Positions 1 to 11,033 of a stretch of DNA of 64,000 nucleotides are shown piece after piece. The stretch is from Promethearchaeota archaeon (GTDB taxonomy: Archaea > Asgardarchaeota > Lokiarchaeia > Sigyniarchaeales > SOKP01): contig JBHLNF010000001.1 in the NCBI GenBank assembly GCA_048937405.1, positions 976,785-1,040,784 of the forward strand, in the 5' to 3' direction. A program made the position numbers and the translations under genes. The notes beneath the pieces are model-generated. The model was not told where the DNA came from. It saw only the letters and a list, made by a program, of their open reading frames with translations, and made no database searches. Numbering within the stretch: the first letter of the stretch is position 1; each line of letters opens with the position of its first letter.

Positions 1-1169
1 TAATAATTTACTTAATGTATGATACTCAACCTATTAGTAGAGAAAATGAATGGATTAGTAAACCTTTTAAAGCAGAAATTAAGGTCTTACCATCTCCACT
101 AAATGAATTAGGAAATTGTATTATAGCAAGAGGTGCTTATAATTCAAAAACTCCCTTATTATGTTTTCTAAATATAATTAAAATTTTAAAAGAAAATAAG
201 AGTCTTCCTATCTCTTTGCTATTATTATTTGATGGTGATGAGGAAATGGGTTCTCTTTCTTTATTAAAATTCCTTGAAAATGAGAATAATAAAAATGTTT
301 TTAAAAATTGTACAGATGCATATTATCCTGCCACCAAGCAAGATCTCAGCCAGAAGTCCATAATAAAATTAGGTTATAAAGGAATTTTATCATTAACAAT
401 AAAAATTTCCTCAGATAATAAAGAACCACATTCTTCTTTTAGTGGGATGATTCCTAATCCTGCTTTTGATTTAATTTCTCTACTTAATTCCATTTATTCT
501 AATAGTCAATTCAATATTAACTGTTTAAGACATGCTTATATACCTACAAGCGAAGAGCAATCTTTATTGGAAGAACTTTCTAAAAAAATTAACTTTAATG
601 AAATACAAAAAAAGGCTGGTATAATCCAAACGACTGAAAAAGATCCTAAAAAATTATTGATTAATTATCTGTTTAATCCCACCTTTAATATATCAACCTT
701 AAAATCAGGGTATTTAGAAGAAGGAACTAAAAATTATGTACCTAATCAAGCTATATGTAATATTGATATTCGATTTGCTCATGATATATCAAATGAAATT
801 ATTATTAAGGAAATTGAGGAAAAAATCGAGATTTTTACTAAGAGAACAAACTCTAAGATTGAAATGATTAAAAATATTGGTTATGATAGATCTCGAGTGA
901 GGATTAATTCTCCTCTTGTTAAGAGTCTTATTAAAAGTGCGGAGACATTAGGGTTTTCAACTGAAATATGGCCTATAAGTGCTGCAGCAGCACCTTTAAG
1001 TAAAATTCAAAAGGAATTAGGCTTAGATTTTATTACAGGTGGGCTAGGAATTGGGGGGTTCGCTCATTCTACAAATGAGTTCATTCAATATGACTCAATT
1101 ATTAATACACGTATTTCATATTATCATTTCCTTAATATATATTCAAACCTTATAACACAACAATCATGA
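1..1169 (+). CDS. M20/M25/M40 family metallopeptidase/deacylase, 5'-truncated by the window edge
   Basis: YDTQP, ARGA, DGDEEMGS, PTFNI, NIDIRF and AHSTNE motifs; frame is open upstream of ATG 15 to the window edge. Confidence 0.85.
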   Translation, partial: IIYLMYDTQPISRENEWISKPFKAEIKVLPSPLNELGNCIIARGAYNSKTPLLCFLNIIKILKENKSLPISLLLLFDGDEEMGSLSLLKFLENENNKNVFKNCTDAYYPATKQDLSQKSIIKLGYKGILSLTIKISSDNKEPHSSFSGMIPNPAFDLISLLNSIYSNSQFNINCLRHAYIPTSEEQSLLEELSKKINFNEIQKKAGIIQTTEKDPKKLLINYLFNPTFNISTLKSGYLEEGTKNYVPNQAICNIDIRFAHDISNEIIIKEIEEKIEIFTKRTNSKIEMIKNIGYDRSRVRINSPLVKSLIKSAETLGFSTEIWPISAAAAPLSKIQKELGLDFITGGLGIGGFAHSTNEFIQYDSIINTRISYYHFLNIYSNLITQQS

Positions 1170-1170
1170 T

Positions 1171-2325
1171 TTAATCAAATAATCCTGTTAATCCCCTCAT
1201 TCTTGCTTTAATTGCATTTTGTGGACATAATTCAGAACAACATAAACAAGAAATACATTTTTTTCTTAAAAACATAGGATAATTTCCATCTATAAATTTT
1301 ATTGCATTAGCTGGGCAAATATCAGCGCACTGACCGCATTTCACACATCTATTCTTTATTAAATTAGGTATTTTTTTAATTATTTTATATCCTATATGTC
1401 CCGTCATGAAACTAATAACACTTGTAAAGTTATTTCCAGGAACATTAAATTTAGGAGTTTGATTTTTTGCCTGTTCAAGAGACATTCCTAAAATTTCTAT
1501 TTCTTCTAAGTTTCCAACTCCCAATTTTCGTTCTATTGCATTTTTAACATGAGGTACGATTTTTGTTTTAACCTTACCAATTTCCAACGCTACAATATCT
1601 AAAGCTAACTCATCTGTTCCTGCAAGAAGTAAATCCCATTGTTTCATCGATCCTCCTCCTGGACCAAACCTCCCTTCCATTATGTTTTGTAAATCGTAAA
1701 TAATTAATCTATTTGGTTTGTTCTTTACAACCCATGAAAAATTATCCGCAAGAACTTCTCCAAATTGTTCAGCAGTTTTTCCTAATAAATGATATTGAGC
1801 TTTTAATCCTCCCTGTATAATTCCCCAATAATTTTTTATTGCTCCTGTCATTGTTGCCTCGATATGAGATTTTAAGCGTGGTAAGTTAATTAAAATATCA
1901 CATTCTTTAACTGCCTTTGCAACACGGATTTGTTTCAAACGTAAAGCACCCTCTATCTTTTCAATTAATGGTGTATCGCTTTCGAAATCTACAAATTTTA
2001 CGCCATACTTCTCACAAATTTCAAGTATTCCAACTTTTTCTGCTACATCAGAAGCGGACTTTCCCTGTTGTCCCGGAGAATCTCCCACAGAAACATTCTC
2101 TATAGAAACACCCTTCTCATTTAAATAAGTGATTACACCCTCTAGAAAACTTGGTTGTGTACATGCGTTTTTTTTTGCTGTAAGTAAATTTGGCTTAAGA
2201 AGTATTTTCTTTGAATTTGTAAAATCGAATAGCAAATTATCTTCTATTAATTTAATAGCTCCAATTACAGCTTCAGGAATTGACTCAAAATCTTTTACAT
2301 TTATTATACTTATTTTAGTGGACAT
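1171..2325 (-). CDS. DUF362 domain protein with C-terminal 2x[4Fe-4S] ferredoxin domain
   Basis: LLKPNL, CTQP, NLPRLKSH and TGAIKN motifs; two CxxCxxCxxxCP motifs. Confidence 0.9.
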   Translation of the reverse strand: MSTKISIINVKDFESIPEAVIGAIKLIEDNLLFDFTNSKKILLKPNLLTAKKNACTQPSFLEGVITYLNEKGVSIENVSVGDSPGQQGKSASDVAEKVGILEICEKYGVKFVDFESDTPLIEKIEGALRLKQIRVAKAVKECDILINLPRLKSHIEATMTGAIKNYWGIIQGGLKAQYHLLGKTAEQFGEVLADNFSWVVKNKPNRLIIYDLQNIMEGRFGPGGGSMKQWDLLLAGTDELALDIVALEIGKVKTKIVPHVKNAIERKLGVGNLEEIEILGMSLEQAKNQTPKFNVPGNNFTSVISFMTGHIGYKIIKKIPNLIKNRCVKCGQCADICPANAIKFIDGNYPMFLRKKCISCLCCSELCPQNAIKARMRGLTGLFD

Positions 2326-2660
2326 TGTTAAACTCGATAAACTTCTTTTTCATAAATATCGTAATTGACTTTATTAACCTTGTTTAAGAGTAATATCGAA
2401 TTTTATGAAAACTTAATTATTTCATAAAAATGGTATTTTATTATGTTAGATTAGTAGAGAATAGATTTCTCCTCTTGTGATTGAAACTGTTTGAGAAATT
2501 AAGTAAATCCTAAAAGATAAAAAAGATAATAGTGAGGAGACAAGAAAGTATCTTTTTCTTTACATGAAATGCCATTCAAATAAATAGTTGACAAATCACC
2601 ATAACCTTTAAATAATAAAATCTCCATAAATAGATAAAAAATAATCCATTTGATTAAAGA

Positions 2661-3005
2661 ATGTTATTTGAATTGTCTGAATTTATATTAGGTTTTTTTA
2701 TGATACTTCTATCAAATTCCATATCTATAGGTATTCAAGTTGTAATTCTTGTCTTAGGATATCTCATTCATAAAAGGAATTCATCTACCTATGGACGCTA
2801 CTTTATGGTTTCTGCAATTTGCTCGATTTTATCACTCATTCTCACGGCACTCTTTTTGAATATCTCAGACTCTATCTTTATCAGAGCTTTATTTTTATTA
2901 ATACCAACGAGCATTGGCATTGTAGGTACAGTTTTTCTAATCTTAGCAATTTATAAAGTATACGATACTCATAGAATGGATAGAATTGAACAAAAAATTG
3001 TTTAA
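2661..3005 (+). CDS. small membrane protein (about 3 TM), unknown function
   Basis: three hydrophobic segments; followed by a T-tract. Confidence 0.65.
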   Translation: MLFELSEFILGFFMILLSNSISIGIQVVILVLGYLIHKRNSSTYGRYFMVSAICSILSLILTALFLNISDSIFIRALFLLIPTSIGIVGTVFLILAIYKVYDTHRMDRIEQKIV

Positions 3006-3288
3006 TTTTTTTTTTTAATTTTCTTCACTTCATCTATAAGCATTTTTAGTTTAGTATTTTTTTATATTGATGTTGAAATGTTATTAAATAAAATCTTACT
3101 TGTTTTTATTTGTATCTAAAAACAATTATTTTTAAGAATCTAATATATTATATTTATAAAAATAGATTAATCAATATCAAAGAAAAATAAAAAAGATCAT
3201 TCTTAAATTAAAATAAAAAAAGTCTATATTCCGATACTTAAGAAAATTAAATCATTAAAAAATTACTTTGTTCTGGAGTAGCATACTA

Positions 3289-3822
3289 ATGGCAGATGCA
3301 ATGTTTAAGATTGTGTTTTTCGGGGATGGGGGTGTTGGTAAGACCACGCTAATAAACCGATATTTAACTGGAGTTTTTAAGAGCGATTCAGTAATTACGA
3401 TAGGAGTAGATTTTCACGTTAAAAAGATTGAAATTGATGGAAAACGAGTTAGTTTACAAATATGGGATTTTGCTGGTGAAGATAGATTTAGATTTCTTAT
3501 GCCTAGTTATGTTGTAGGAGCTGCCGGAGGTATCTTTATGTTTGATATAACAAGATATACTAGTCTAAAAAATTTTAACGATTGGATTGAAATCTTTAAA
3601 CAGGGATATAAAGGAGATACACACCAATTCCCTGTGCTCATGGTAGGAAGTAAATTGGATCTAGAATTTAAAAGAGCAGTATCTAGGGAAGAAGCATTTG
3701 AATTAGCTAAAAAGAATAATCTTTTTGGATATCTCGAGTGCTCTGCTAAGAATGGTGAAAATGTTAAAGACATATTTTTAGAAATTACTAGGTTAGTAAT
3801 GCTAAAAGCAGGATTATTATAA
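3289..3822 (+). CDS. Rab-like small GTPase (Ras superfamily, eukaryotic signature protein)
   Basis: G1 GDGGVGKT, G2 TIGVDF, G3 WDFAGE, RFR, G4 SKLD, G5 CSAK; no C-terminal prenylation Cys; ATG 3289 preferred over TTG 3268. Confidence 0.95.
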   Translation: MADAMFKIVFFGDGGVGKTTLINRYLTGVFKSDSVITIGVDFHVKKIEIDGKRVSLQIWDFAGEDRFRFLMPSYVVGAAGGIFMFDITRYTSLKNFNDWIEIFKQGYKGDTHQFPVLMVGSKLDLEFKRAVSREEAFELAKKNNLFGYLECSAKNGENVKDIFLEITRLVMLKAGLL

Positions 3823-3844
3823 TAAAACCTATCGCAATAATAGA

Positions 3845-4708
3845 CTAGTTTTTAAAAATTTCACTCAAATCCTTAATTACTAAATCGGGAATTAAGTCTT
3901 TATCAAAATTCTCAGAATTAATTGATTTGAATTTTAAATCCTCAATCATTCCTTGGGAAGTAACTCCTGTTAATACTGCTATCGTTATAATCCCAGCCCG
4001 ATTACCTGCTAAAATATCAGTATTCAACTTATCACCAAAAATGCAAGCATTTTCAGCAGATATTTGAGTTTCATGTAATATCATTTTTATTCCATGGGGT
4101 TCTGGTTTTCCAAATACTCTTACTGGATTTGTATTTGTACATGTTATTAGAGCATTTACCATTGCACCTGATCCTGGTTTAAGTCCATGGGCAACAGGTA
4201 ATGTAGAATCAGTATTTGTAGCATAAAATTTAGCTTTGCCTTCTAAAATACATTTTTGAGCAATAGCTAATTTGTGATAGTTAAAATCTCTATCGAGTCC
4301 AACAATAACAAAATCAATTTCTTCAATGTTTAATGGTTCAGTGATGACTTTATGACCATATGATTGTAATTCTTCTCGTAATCCCCTTTCTCCAATAACA
4401 AAGATTTTCGCATTTTTTTTTAATTTTGAAATTTCAGCAGATGTAATCGAAGCACTAGTATAAAAATCGGAGGGTTTACTATTTATATTAAATTTATTCA
4501 ATCTCTCTACATAAGTTTGTCGAGTTGCCGTAGAATTGTTAGAATTATATACTACTTTAATAGAGTGTTCTTTAAGTTCATTAATTATTTTATCTGCAGG
4601 TGGAATTAACGTTTCTCCGCGATATATTACCCCATCTAAATCAAAAATTGTCAATTTTATATATTTCAATGCATCTATCAAACTACACATGGTAAAAGCT
4701 AAAACCAT
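3845..4708 (-). CDS. HAD-IIA family hydrolase (NagD-like)
   Basis: FDLDGV, SNNS, GKP and GDKLNTDI motifs; true start may be slightly downstream. Confidence 0.93.
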   Translation of the reverse strand: MVLAFTMCSLIDALKYIKLTIFDLDGVIYRGETLIPPADKIINELKEHSIKVVYNSNNSTATRQTYVERLNKFNINSKPSDFYTSASITSAEISKLKKNAKIFVIGERGLREELQSYGHKVITEPLNIEEIDFVIVGLDRDFNYHKLAIAQKCILEGKAKFYATNTDSTLPVAHGLKPGSGAMVNALITCTNTNPVRVFGKPEPHGIKMILHETQISAENACIFGDKLNTDILAGNRAGIITIAVLTGVTSQGMIEDLKFKSINSENFDKDLIPDLVIKDLSEIFKN

Positions 4709-5847
4709 CCTACTGGTAATCCTAATAAAAATATAAAGATTTGTATACCTAAAGGAATAAAAATGGGATTTAAAATATTATCTGCTGTATAAATTGGAAA
4801 ATAATCGGTAATGAAAAATATAATCGCTCCAATTATTGCATATATAGGACCTACAAGAATTAATCCAATTACATATGCAACTATCATTCCTGCTAAAAAA
4901 CCTTCAATAGATTTAGTATCCTTACTTCTTACAGTCACTTTATGCTTTCCGTATTTCTTTCCAATCAAAGCTGCTGCGGCGTCTGAAAGACAAGCTATAA
5001 GAAGACCTGCAAAGAACACTAAGATATGTATTATACCTGCCATATAAAGCATGTAAGAAAAGATAATTCCTGTAATAATATAGATTTGTGGTCCAGTTGC
5101 ATTCATCTCTTTATTTCTTAACATAGAATGTGTTAAATAATTGAAAATTGAGTATTCTGGTCCCCATATAACTCTAATAATGTCAGATATGATTGCAAAT
5201 ATTAATGAACCAATCAATCCCATCATTGTTAGATAAATAATAGCTTGAGGGTCTCCTGAACTAAATGGATATAACGAGAGTGGACCCCATATTATTTCAT
5301 AAACAGGAGGAAATTGATTAAATACAACGAGTAAGGTATCATTAATTATACGAGCTAATGGATACAGAAGTGTAAAAAAACCGAAATAACCTAAAATAAG
5401 GATAAATCCCATCAAATGAAAGCTTTTTCTTATCATTTCTTTTTTAACGGGGAATTCTTCACGGTATGGGCTTTCATAAGATAATTTTTCAATATACCGC
5501 TGTAAAGGACGTTTTTTTCCTTCATTAATCTCTACTTTACCCCTATCAAAATCCATTTTCTTTATTGTCTTTTTAATTATCTCAATAAAGGTAAAATTTA
5601 CTATTAGATTAATCCAAATCCACCAAATCATAAACCCATTAAATGGATATGGAAAAAATCTAACAATTGAATTATAATATCCAAAAATTAAAAAACAAAC
5701 ACCACAGATTATTGTAGAAATTCCCCCATATTTATTGTTTCCTTTAATCCCTTTTCGTCCTATATGAAGCATCAGGATCATTAGAATATAGAAAGTAAGA
5801 GATAATGTTACATTATAAAGATTATCAATAACTTCCCAATAGTCCAT
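4699..5847 (-). CDS. membrane CTP-dependent diacylglycerol/polyprenol kinase family protein (DGK1/SEC59/phytol kinase-like)
   Basis: RKSFH, DAAAALIGKKYG, KSIEGF and DN motifs; multiple TM helices. Confidence 0.85.
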   Translation of the reverse strand: MDYWEVIDNLYNVTLSLTFYILMILMLHIGRKGIKGNNKYGGISTIICGVCFLIFGYYNSIVRFFPYPFNGFMIWWIWINLIVNFTFIEIIKKTIKKMDFDRGKVEINEGKKRPLQRYIEKLSYESPYREEFPVKKEMIRKSFHLMGFILILGYFGFFTLLYPLARIINDTLLVVFNQFPPVYEIIWGPLSLYPFSSGDPQAIIYLTMMGLIGSLIFAIISDIIRVIWGPEYSIFNYLTHSMLRNKEMNATGPQIYIITGIIFSYMLYMAGIIHILVFFAGLLIACLSDAAAALIGKKYGKHKVTVRSKDTKSIEGFLAGMIVAYVIGLILVGPIYAIIGAIIFFITDYFPIYTADNILNPIFIPLGIQIFIFLLGLPVGWF

Positions 5848-5918
5848 AATAAATCAAGCAAAGAATATTCTTAATTATTTTTATAATTAATAATCTATTA
5901 ATTACTTTAGCTTTAATA

Positions 5919-6968
5919 ATGACAACTCCAAGAAATAATTTCATCGAAGTATTAAAAAAAGAATCAAACACACCCATTCCATTGTATTGTACAGGCTACC
6001 CTGAGAAAGAATTTATTGATAAATATATCAAGAATTATAAAATAGAAACTAACAATACTGAATATGTTTTGAATTTAAAAAATTATGATATTATTAAGCA
6101 GATGGGGTTTGATGCCATTTCTCTTTGGGATTTCCGCCGGGGAGAAGGTGGTTATGCTATAGATGATCAAAGAAGAGTAGATGGATGGGGACGAATTTAC
6201 AAAAGAGATTGGTATTCCTGGGAAGGAGTGTTTAAAGACGAGAAAATTTTGGAAGAGTGGGATTTTTTAAAAATACCTTCTAAAAAAAAATTAACGAATT
6301 TAAAAGAATTTTTAACTAAGGAAAAACAAGATTTAGCATACGTCATATCCTTACCTGGTCTTTTTGAAAAAACATGGCAATCAATGGGTTTTTATTATTT
6401 CGCTAAATGCTTAAAGAAAAATATTAAATTTGTAGAAATTGTAGTTTCTTTTTTCTCGAATTATATACATAAACTACTAAAAGAGCTTCAACGTACTGGA
6501 GTTGAGAATTTTTTAATAGCAGATGATTATGGATATAAAAATAGAACATTTATTTCTAAAGAAATATGGCTCCATCTATTTTTTGAAAAATATAAAGACA
6601 TTATTAACCTCATTCAAAAAGCAAAACAGAATATTATAATACATTCTGATGGATATATTTCTGAAATGATTGATATTTTTATAGATTTAGGGTTTCATGG
6701 TGTTCAGAGTTTAGAACCCAATTCGGGAGTGGATATCCTCACTCTTTTCAAAAAATATCAAGACCAGATCTGTTTTATTGGTAATTTAGATATATCTCTT
6801 TTAACTTTTGGAACTGCAAAACAAGTGAGAAATTATATTATTAAATTAATTAAAAAATCAAAAAGATATAATTGCTTTTTAGCTGTTTCTCCAACACAAC
6901 AAATTAATCAACAGTGTATACCCAAAAATATTAATACTATGATAGAAACCACTAAAATATTTAAATAA
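5919..6968 (+). CDS. uroporphyrinogen decarboxylase family protein (MtaA/CmuA-like)
   Basis: DGWG, ADDYG, HSDG and GNLD motifs. Confidence 0.85.
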   Translation: MTTPRNNFIEVLKKESNTPIPLYCTGYPEKEFIDKYIKNYKIETNNTEYVLNLKNYDIIKQMGFDAISLWDFRRGEGGYAIDDQRRVDGWGRIYKRDWYSWEGVFKDEKILEEWDFLKIPSKKKLTNLKEFLTKEKQDLAYVISLPGLFEKTWQSMGFYYFAKCLKKNIKFVEIVVSFFSNYIHKLLKELQRTGVENFLIADDYGYKNRTFISKEIWLHLFFEKYKDIINLIQKAKQNIIIHSDGYISEMIDIFIDLGFHGVQSLEPNSGVDILTLFKKYQDQICFIGNLDISLLTFGTAKQVRNYIIKLIKKSKRYNCFLAVSPTQQINQQCIPKNINTMIETTKIFK

Positions 6969-7188
6969 TAATTTTGATCATTACTACAGGTATATACTTT
7001 TAAAAAAAATAGCAGTGCTTAAGGATCTTTTTTACAAAAATTTCAAAAGTTAATTAATAAAGAAATAATAATATAATTTATTAGAATTTACTAAATACAA
7101 AAAAATAAATAAAATTAAAATAAGTTAATTATATCTAATATTATAAGGTTATATACCATAAGTATATCCTCAAAAACACTAAAAAAAA

Positions 7189-7566
7189 ATGATGAATTTG
7201 GAACCAACTACTGAGAACTTAGATGATATTTTGAAAAAACTACTCGCAGCTATCCCTGAAGTAAAAGCTGCCGCAATTGTGTCTGCTGAAGGTTTACCTA
7301 TCGCCTCTGCATTACCTCAAGGAGTGGATGAAACGAGGATTGCTGCTATGACTGCCGCATTACTCTCCTTAGCCGAGAGGTCTGTTATCGAGATGGAGAA
7401 AGGAGAGTTCGATCAACTATATGTTAAGGGAAGTGATGGATATCTCCTAGTCCTACAAGCTGGTCCGAATGCCGTATTGACTGTTTCTACAACGAAGGAT
7501 GTACGATTAGGCTTAATATTTTTAGATTGTAAGCGAACCTGCGAAAAAATCGCAAAGTTGATCTGA
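7189..7566 (+). CDS. roadblock/LC7 domain protein
   Basis: AAIVSAEGLPIAS, AAMTAALLSLAER, YVKG and LGLIFLD motifs. Confidence 0.95.
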   Translation: MMNLEPTTENLDDILKKLLAAIPEVKAAAIVSAEGLPIASALPQGVDETRIAAMTAALLSLAERSVIEMEKGEFDQLYVKGSDGYLLVLQAGPNAVLTVSTTKDVRLGLIFLDCKRTCEKIAKLI

Positions 7567-7712
7567 TACAATTAAGATCTATTTTTATTTTTCGAAATTT
7601 TTTAGTTCACTTTTTTATATTTCTTCATTTCTTTTTATAAAAAAAACTTTAAATTGATTTTATTAGAATAGAATTTAAATATATACTAATATTATAATCT
7701 TTTGAGATCGAA

Positions 7713-7991
7713 ATGCCACAAAAGATATGGAAGTACCCAATAAACACCCAGGAAGTAAATTTTGCACTTGAAATGCCAGAGGGTGCCAAATTATTAACTT
7801 TTGATGTTCAGAAAGAAATTCCTACCCTATGGGCATTAGTAAATTCTAACAAAAAATATGAGAAAAGATTTTTCCGATTTGTTGGTACCGGGGATACTAT
7901 AGAAGAAGAAGTTAACTTAGACTATATAGGGACAATCCAGATGGCTGATGGTAAATTAATTTTTCATTTATTTGAGGAAATTAAATATTAG
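7713..7991 (+). CDS. small conserved hypothetical protein
   Basis: IWKYP...MPEGA...LWALV...GTG...YIGT...VFHLFE-like pattern; clean ORF. Confidence 0.7.
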   Translation: MPQKIWKYPINTQEVNFALEMPEGAKLLTFDVQKEIPTLWALVNSNKKYEKRFFRFVGTGDTIEEEVNLDYIGTIQMADGKLIFHLFEEIKY

Positions 7992-7997
7992 TATATT

Positions 7998-8336
7998 ATG
8001 ACAAAAAATAATAATTATTATTATGTAATCATAAAACCGTATCGGCAAGATTTTCTTACAAATCCGAAAGAAAGTGAAAATGAAATAATGAAGGATCATT
8101 TTAATTACCTCAAAACTTTATTAAAACAAAAAAAGTTATTTTTAGCAGGCCCAACATTAATACCTGAGGATCCTTTTGGACTTATAATCTTGGAAACAAA
8201 CACAGAGAAAGAAGCAACAGAAATTTTAGAAAAAGATCCTTCAATCAAAGCAGAAATACAGATGGTTACAGATTTTAGACCTATTCGCTTATCCCTTATA
8301 AGGAAGAAGTTATCTTCAATTCAATATACAGTATAA
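7998..8336 (+). CDS. YCII-related domain protein
   Basis: H..YL, LAGP and DP motifs. Confidence 0.85.
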   Translation: MTKNNNYYYVIIKPYRQDFLTNPKESENEIMKDHFNYLKTLLKQKKLFLAGPTLIPEDPFGLIILETNTEKEATEILEKDPSIKAEIQMVTDFRPIRLSLIRKKLSSIQYTV

Positions 8337-8371
8337 CATATTGATACCATTTCTTCTAAAGATCACTAGAA

Positions 8372-9175
8372 CTATAGATTTAATTCTTTTATTACTTCAT
8401 TCACTTCGTAATTTTTATGAACAATCATATATAGAGCTTTTACAAATTTTGTAGGATCATCTGCTTGGAAAACATTTCTCCCATAAGCAACACCAGCTCC
8501 TCCCACATCTATCGATTGTTTGGTTATTTCCAAGATTCCATTAATATCTGTTTTTTCACCTCCTGCAATTATGACTGGAGCCATGCAACCATCGACAACT
8601 TCTTTAAAAGAGTCCGGATCACCAGTCCAATTTGTTTTTACTATGTCTGCTCCTAACTCCGCTGCAATCCTTGCAGCTATCTTAACCACTTCGACATCAT
8701 ACTCATTTTCTATATTTTCACCTCGTGGGTACATCATAGCAATAAGTGGCATTCCAAGATCTCTACATTCTCTTGATACACTTCCTAATATTTCGAGCAT
8801 TTCGGGATCTGACTTGGTTCCAATATTAATATGAATTGAAACGCCATCTGCCCCAAATTTGACTGCCTCGAGTACTGAATTTACCAAAACTTTATAATTT
8901 GAATCAGGACTTAATGAAGTTGAACCTGATAAATGCAGAATTAAGCCAATATCTGGACCATAACCCCTATGAGCATATAAAGGGATACCAACATGGCCTA
9001 ATACAGCATTAGCACCACCTAGAGCTACTTTATTAACTATTTCCCCTAAATCTTTTTCGATTCCCTTAATAGGTCCCACCGTTAATCCATGATCCATTGG
9101 TATTATAATAGTCCTTTTTGTCTCTCTATTAATTATTCTTTCTAACCTAATTTTTTTACCTATATATCCAGACAT
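8372..9175 (-). CDS. DhnA-type class I aldolase / 2-amino-3,7-dideoxy-D-threo-hept-6-ulosonate synthase
   Basis: PMDHG, MYPRG, ELGADIVKT, IAGG and GRNVFQ motifs. Confidence 0.93.
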   Translation of the reverse strand: MSGYIGKKIRLERIINRETKRTIIIPMDHGLTVGPIKGIEKDLGEIVNKVALGGANAVLGHVGIPLYAHRGYGPDIGLILHLSGSTSLSPDSNYKVLVNSVLEAVKFGADGVSIHINIGTKSDPEMLEILGSVSRECRDLGMPLIAMMYPRGENIENEYDVEVVKIAARIAAELGADIVKTNWTGDPDSFKEVVDGCMAPVIIAGGEKTDINGILEITKQSIDVGGAGVAYGRNVFQADDPTKFVKALYMIVHKNYEVNEVIKELNL

Positions 9176-9391
9176 TTTGAATTCAACTCATATTTTAATT
9201 CCATCAATAATGAATATTAAAAAAAGTATTATTATCTTTAATAACTCTCTCTTTTGAATTTTAAGTTTAATACCAGAATTAATTATTCTTCAGAGTTATA
9301 TTAAAGTAAAACCACAAACTATTAATTTTTTATTTCATTTGGACAATTACTAAACTTCATTAAATTTCACAAATTATACGGTTATATTCAT

Positions 9392-9994
9392 ATGTTTAAA
9401 CTTTACACCATCGAGGGAAAGATAGAGATCCCCCCCTTCTTATTTGACCAAGAAAAAGATGTTAGTGCAAGAATAATACTTTCAGAAGATTATGAAGGTA
9501 TAATTACTCATGATTATGGATTTATAATTGCAGTTGTAGATGTTCTTGAGGTAGGAAAGGGAATAATTATACCTGGCAATGCTAATACTTTTCATGAAGT
9601 AATCTTTACAATCCTTACATTCAAACCTACAGTTTCGGAAGTAGTAGAAGGTACTGTTGTTGAAATTGTTGATTTTGGAAGTTTCATAAGATTAGGACCA
9701 TTAGATGGATTAGTTCACGTTTCTCAAATTTGTGATGATTATATCTCTTATGAACAAGTAGGTAATCGATTTATAGGTAAAGAAACTGGAAAAATCTTAG
9801 AGGTTAATGATCAAGTTAGAGCAAAGATAATTGCTGTTTCTTTAGGTACAGGTAGAAGTGGAAAACTCGGCTTAACAATGAGACAAAAATTCTTAGGAAA
9901 AGAAGAATGGATAGAAGAAGATATTGAAGAGACTTATAATGAAGAAAAAACAGAACCAGTTGAATCAAATGAAAATAAAGATAATTCAGAATAA
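9392..9994 (+). CDS. rpo7: DNA-directed RNA polymerase subunit Rpo7 (E')
   Basis: EVVEG.V.EIVDFG.FIRLGPLDGLVHVSQ; LTMRQ..LGK.EW; canonical operon position. Confidence 0.97.
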   Translation: MFKLYTIEGKIEIPPFLFDQEKDVSARIILSEDYEGIITHDYGFIIAVVDVLEVGKGIIIPGNANTFHEVIFTILTFKPTVSEVVEGTVVEIVDFGSFIRLGPLDGLVHVSQICDDYISYEQVGNRFIGKETGKILEVNDQVRAKIIAVSLGTGRSGKLGLTMRQKFLGKEEWIEEDIEETYNEEKTEPVESNENKDNSE

Positions 9995-10020
9995 TAAATT
10001 TGGAAGTAGTGTAAATAAGT

Positions 10021-10209
10021 TTGAAAGAAAAAGCTTGTAAAAATTGTCATTTAATTACTAAAAATGAAAATATCTGCCCAAAGTGCAAAACACATACTTT
10101 AAGCGAAGATTTTACTGGTGAAGTTATTATAATTAATCCTCAAGAATCTAAATTTGCTGAGTACCTTAAAATCCACTTTCCTGGAAAATATGCTTTAAGA
10201 GTGCGTTAG
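10021..10209 (+). CDS. spt4: transcription elongation factor Spt4 (RpoE'')
   Basis: KACKNC...CPKC zinc ribbon; PGKYALRVR. Confidence 0.97.
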   Translation: MKEKACKNCHLITKNENICPKCKTHTLSEDFTGEVIIINPQESKFAEYLKIHFPGKYALRVR

Positions 10210-10298
10210 AAATTGATGAAAATAGTTTATTATAATTTACTTATCAAAAATTCCTAATAAACGTTATATAAAACTCTTTCTTTATATTCTTGATTTAG

Positions 10299-10886
10299 AT
10301 GGATTACAATTTACGAATTCCTTATGAAAAAAGGCATTTATTTGCTGAACCCCTCGATATTTTAATTGCTGGGTCTCGAAAAGAAACATTAGCTCAGGTA
10401 ATTAACATTTTTAAGGATTATCTAAGATCTAAAAAAGTGTTAAATTTTTATCTTGTAGGAGATATTGTTACCAATGATTTTCTATCTAATCAGTTTTTAA
10501 AGAGCTTTGTAAAACTCAGTATTATAGATGAAAAAACTAAAAGAAATCATATTAATATAGAATTTGAAAAATATTTTGAACAAACTTTAGAATTAAAAAA
10601 TCCTGAAGGAACTATTAATAAGGATTGCTGGAATCTCTTCAGAGAAGTAATCAAATCTGAGAAGAAAACGTTGATTAAGATAATTGAAGGAGAAGAAGAC
10701 TTATTACTACTTCCCCTCATACTTGAAATTCCAATAATAGAAGGAGTAAAAAATTTTGCTTTCTATGGACAACCTCCCATTACGGATTCTAATTTCGTGA
10801 TTCCTCAAGGAATTGTCATAGTTGACATTGATAAAAATATTCAAGAAAAAGTTAAAGAAATTATCTCTATTATGGAAAAATACTGA
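10299..10886 (+). CDS. GTP-dependent dephospho-CoA kinase (DUF359)
   Basis: VGDIVT, NPEGTI, EGEEDLL and YGQP motifs; conserved position after spt4. Confidence 0.9.
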   Translation: MDYNLRIPYEKRHLFAEPLDILIAGSRKETLAQVINIFKDYLRSKKVLNFYLVGDIVTNDFLSNQFLKSFVKLSIIDEKTKRNHINIEFEKYFEQTLELKNPEGTINKDCWNLFREVIKSEKKTLIKIIEGEEDLLLLPLILEIPIIEGVKNFAFYGQPPITDSNFVIPQGIVIVDIDKNIQEKVKEIISIMEKY

Positions 10887-11033
10887 TTTTAAAAAGATAA
10901 TTTAGAATTTATGTATATGACTTATTTACTTTAAAAACCAAAATTTTATTTTTTATCTATTCTTTTGAATGATATAATTTTGTAAAAATTATTTTTTATG
11001 ATCTAATTTGTCTTAAAAGGCAGTACGTTAAAA

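Noticed and set aside
2440-2575. Minus-strand signal-peptide-like remnant (MAFHVKKKILSCLLTIIFFIF*)
   Set aside because: Stops after 21 codons; too little evidence to call a gene or pseudogene.
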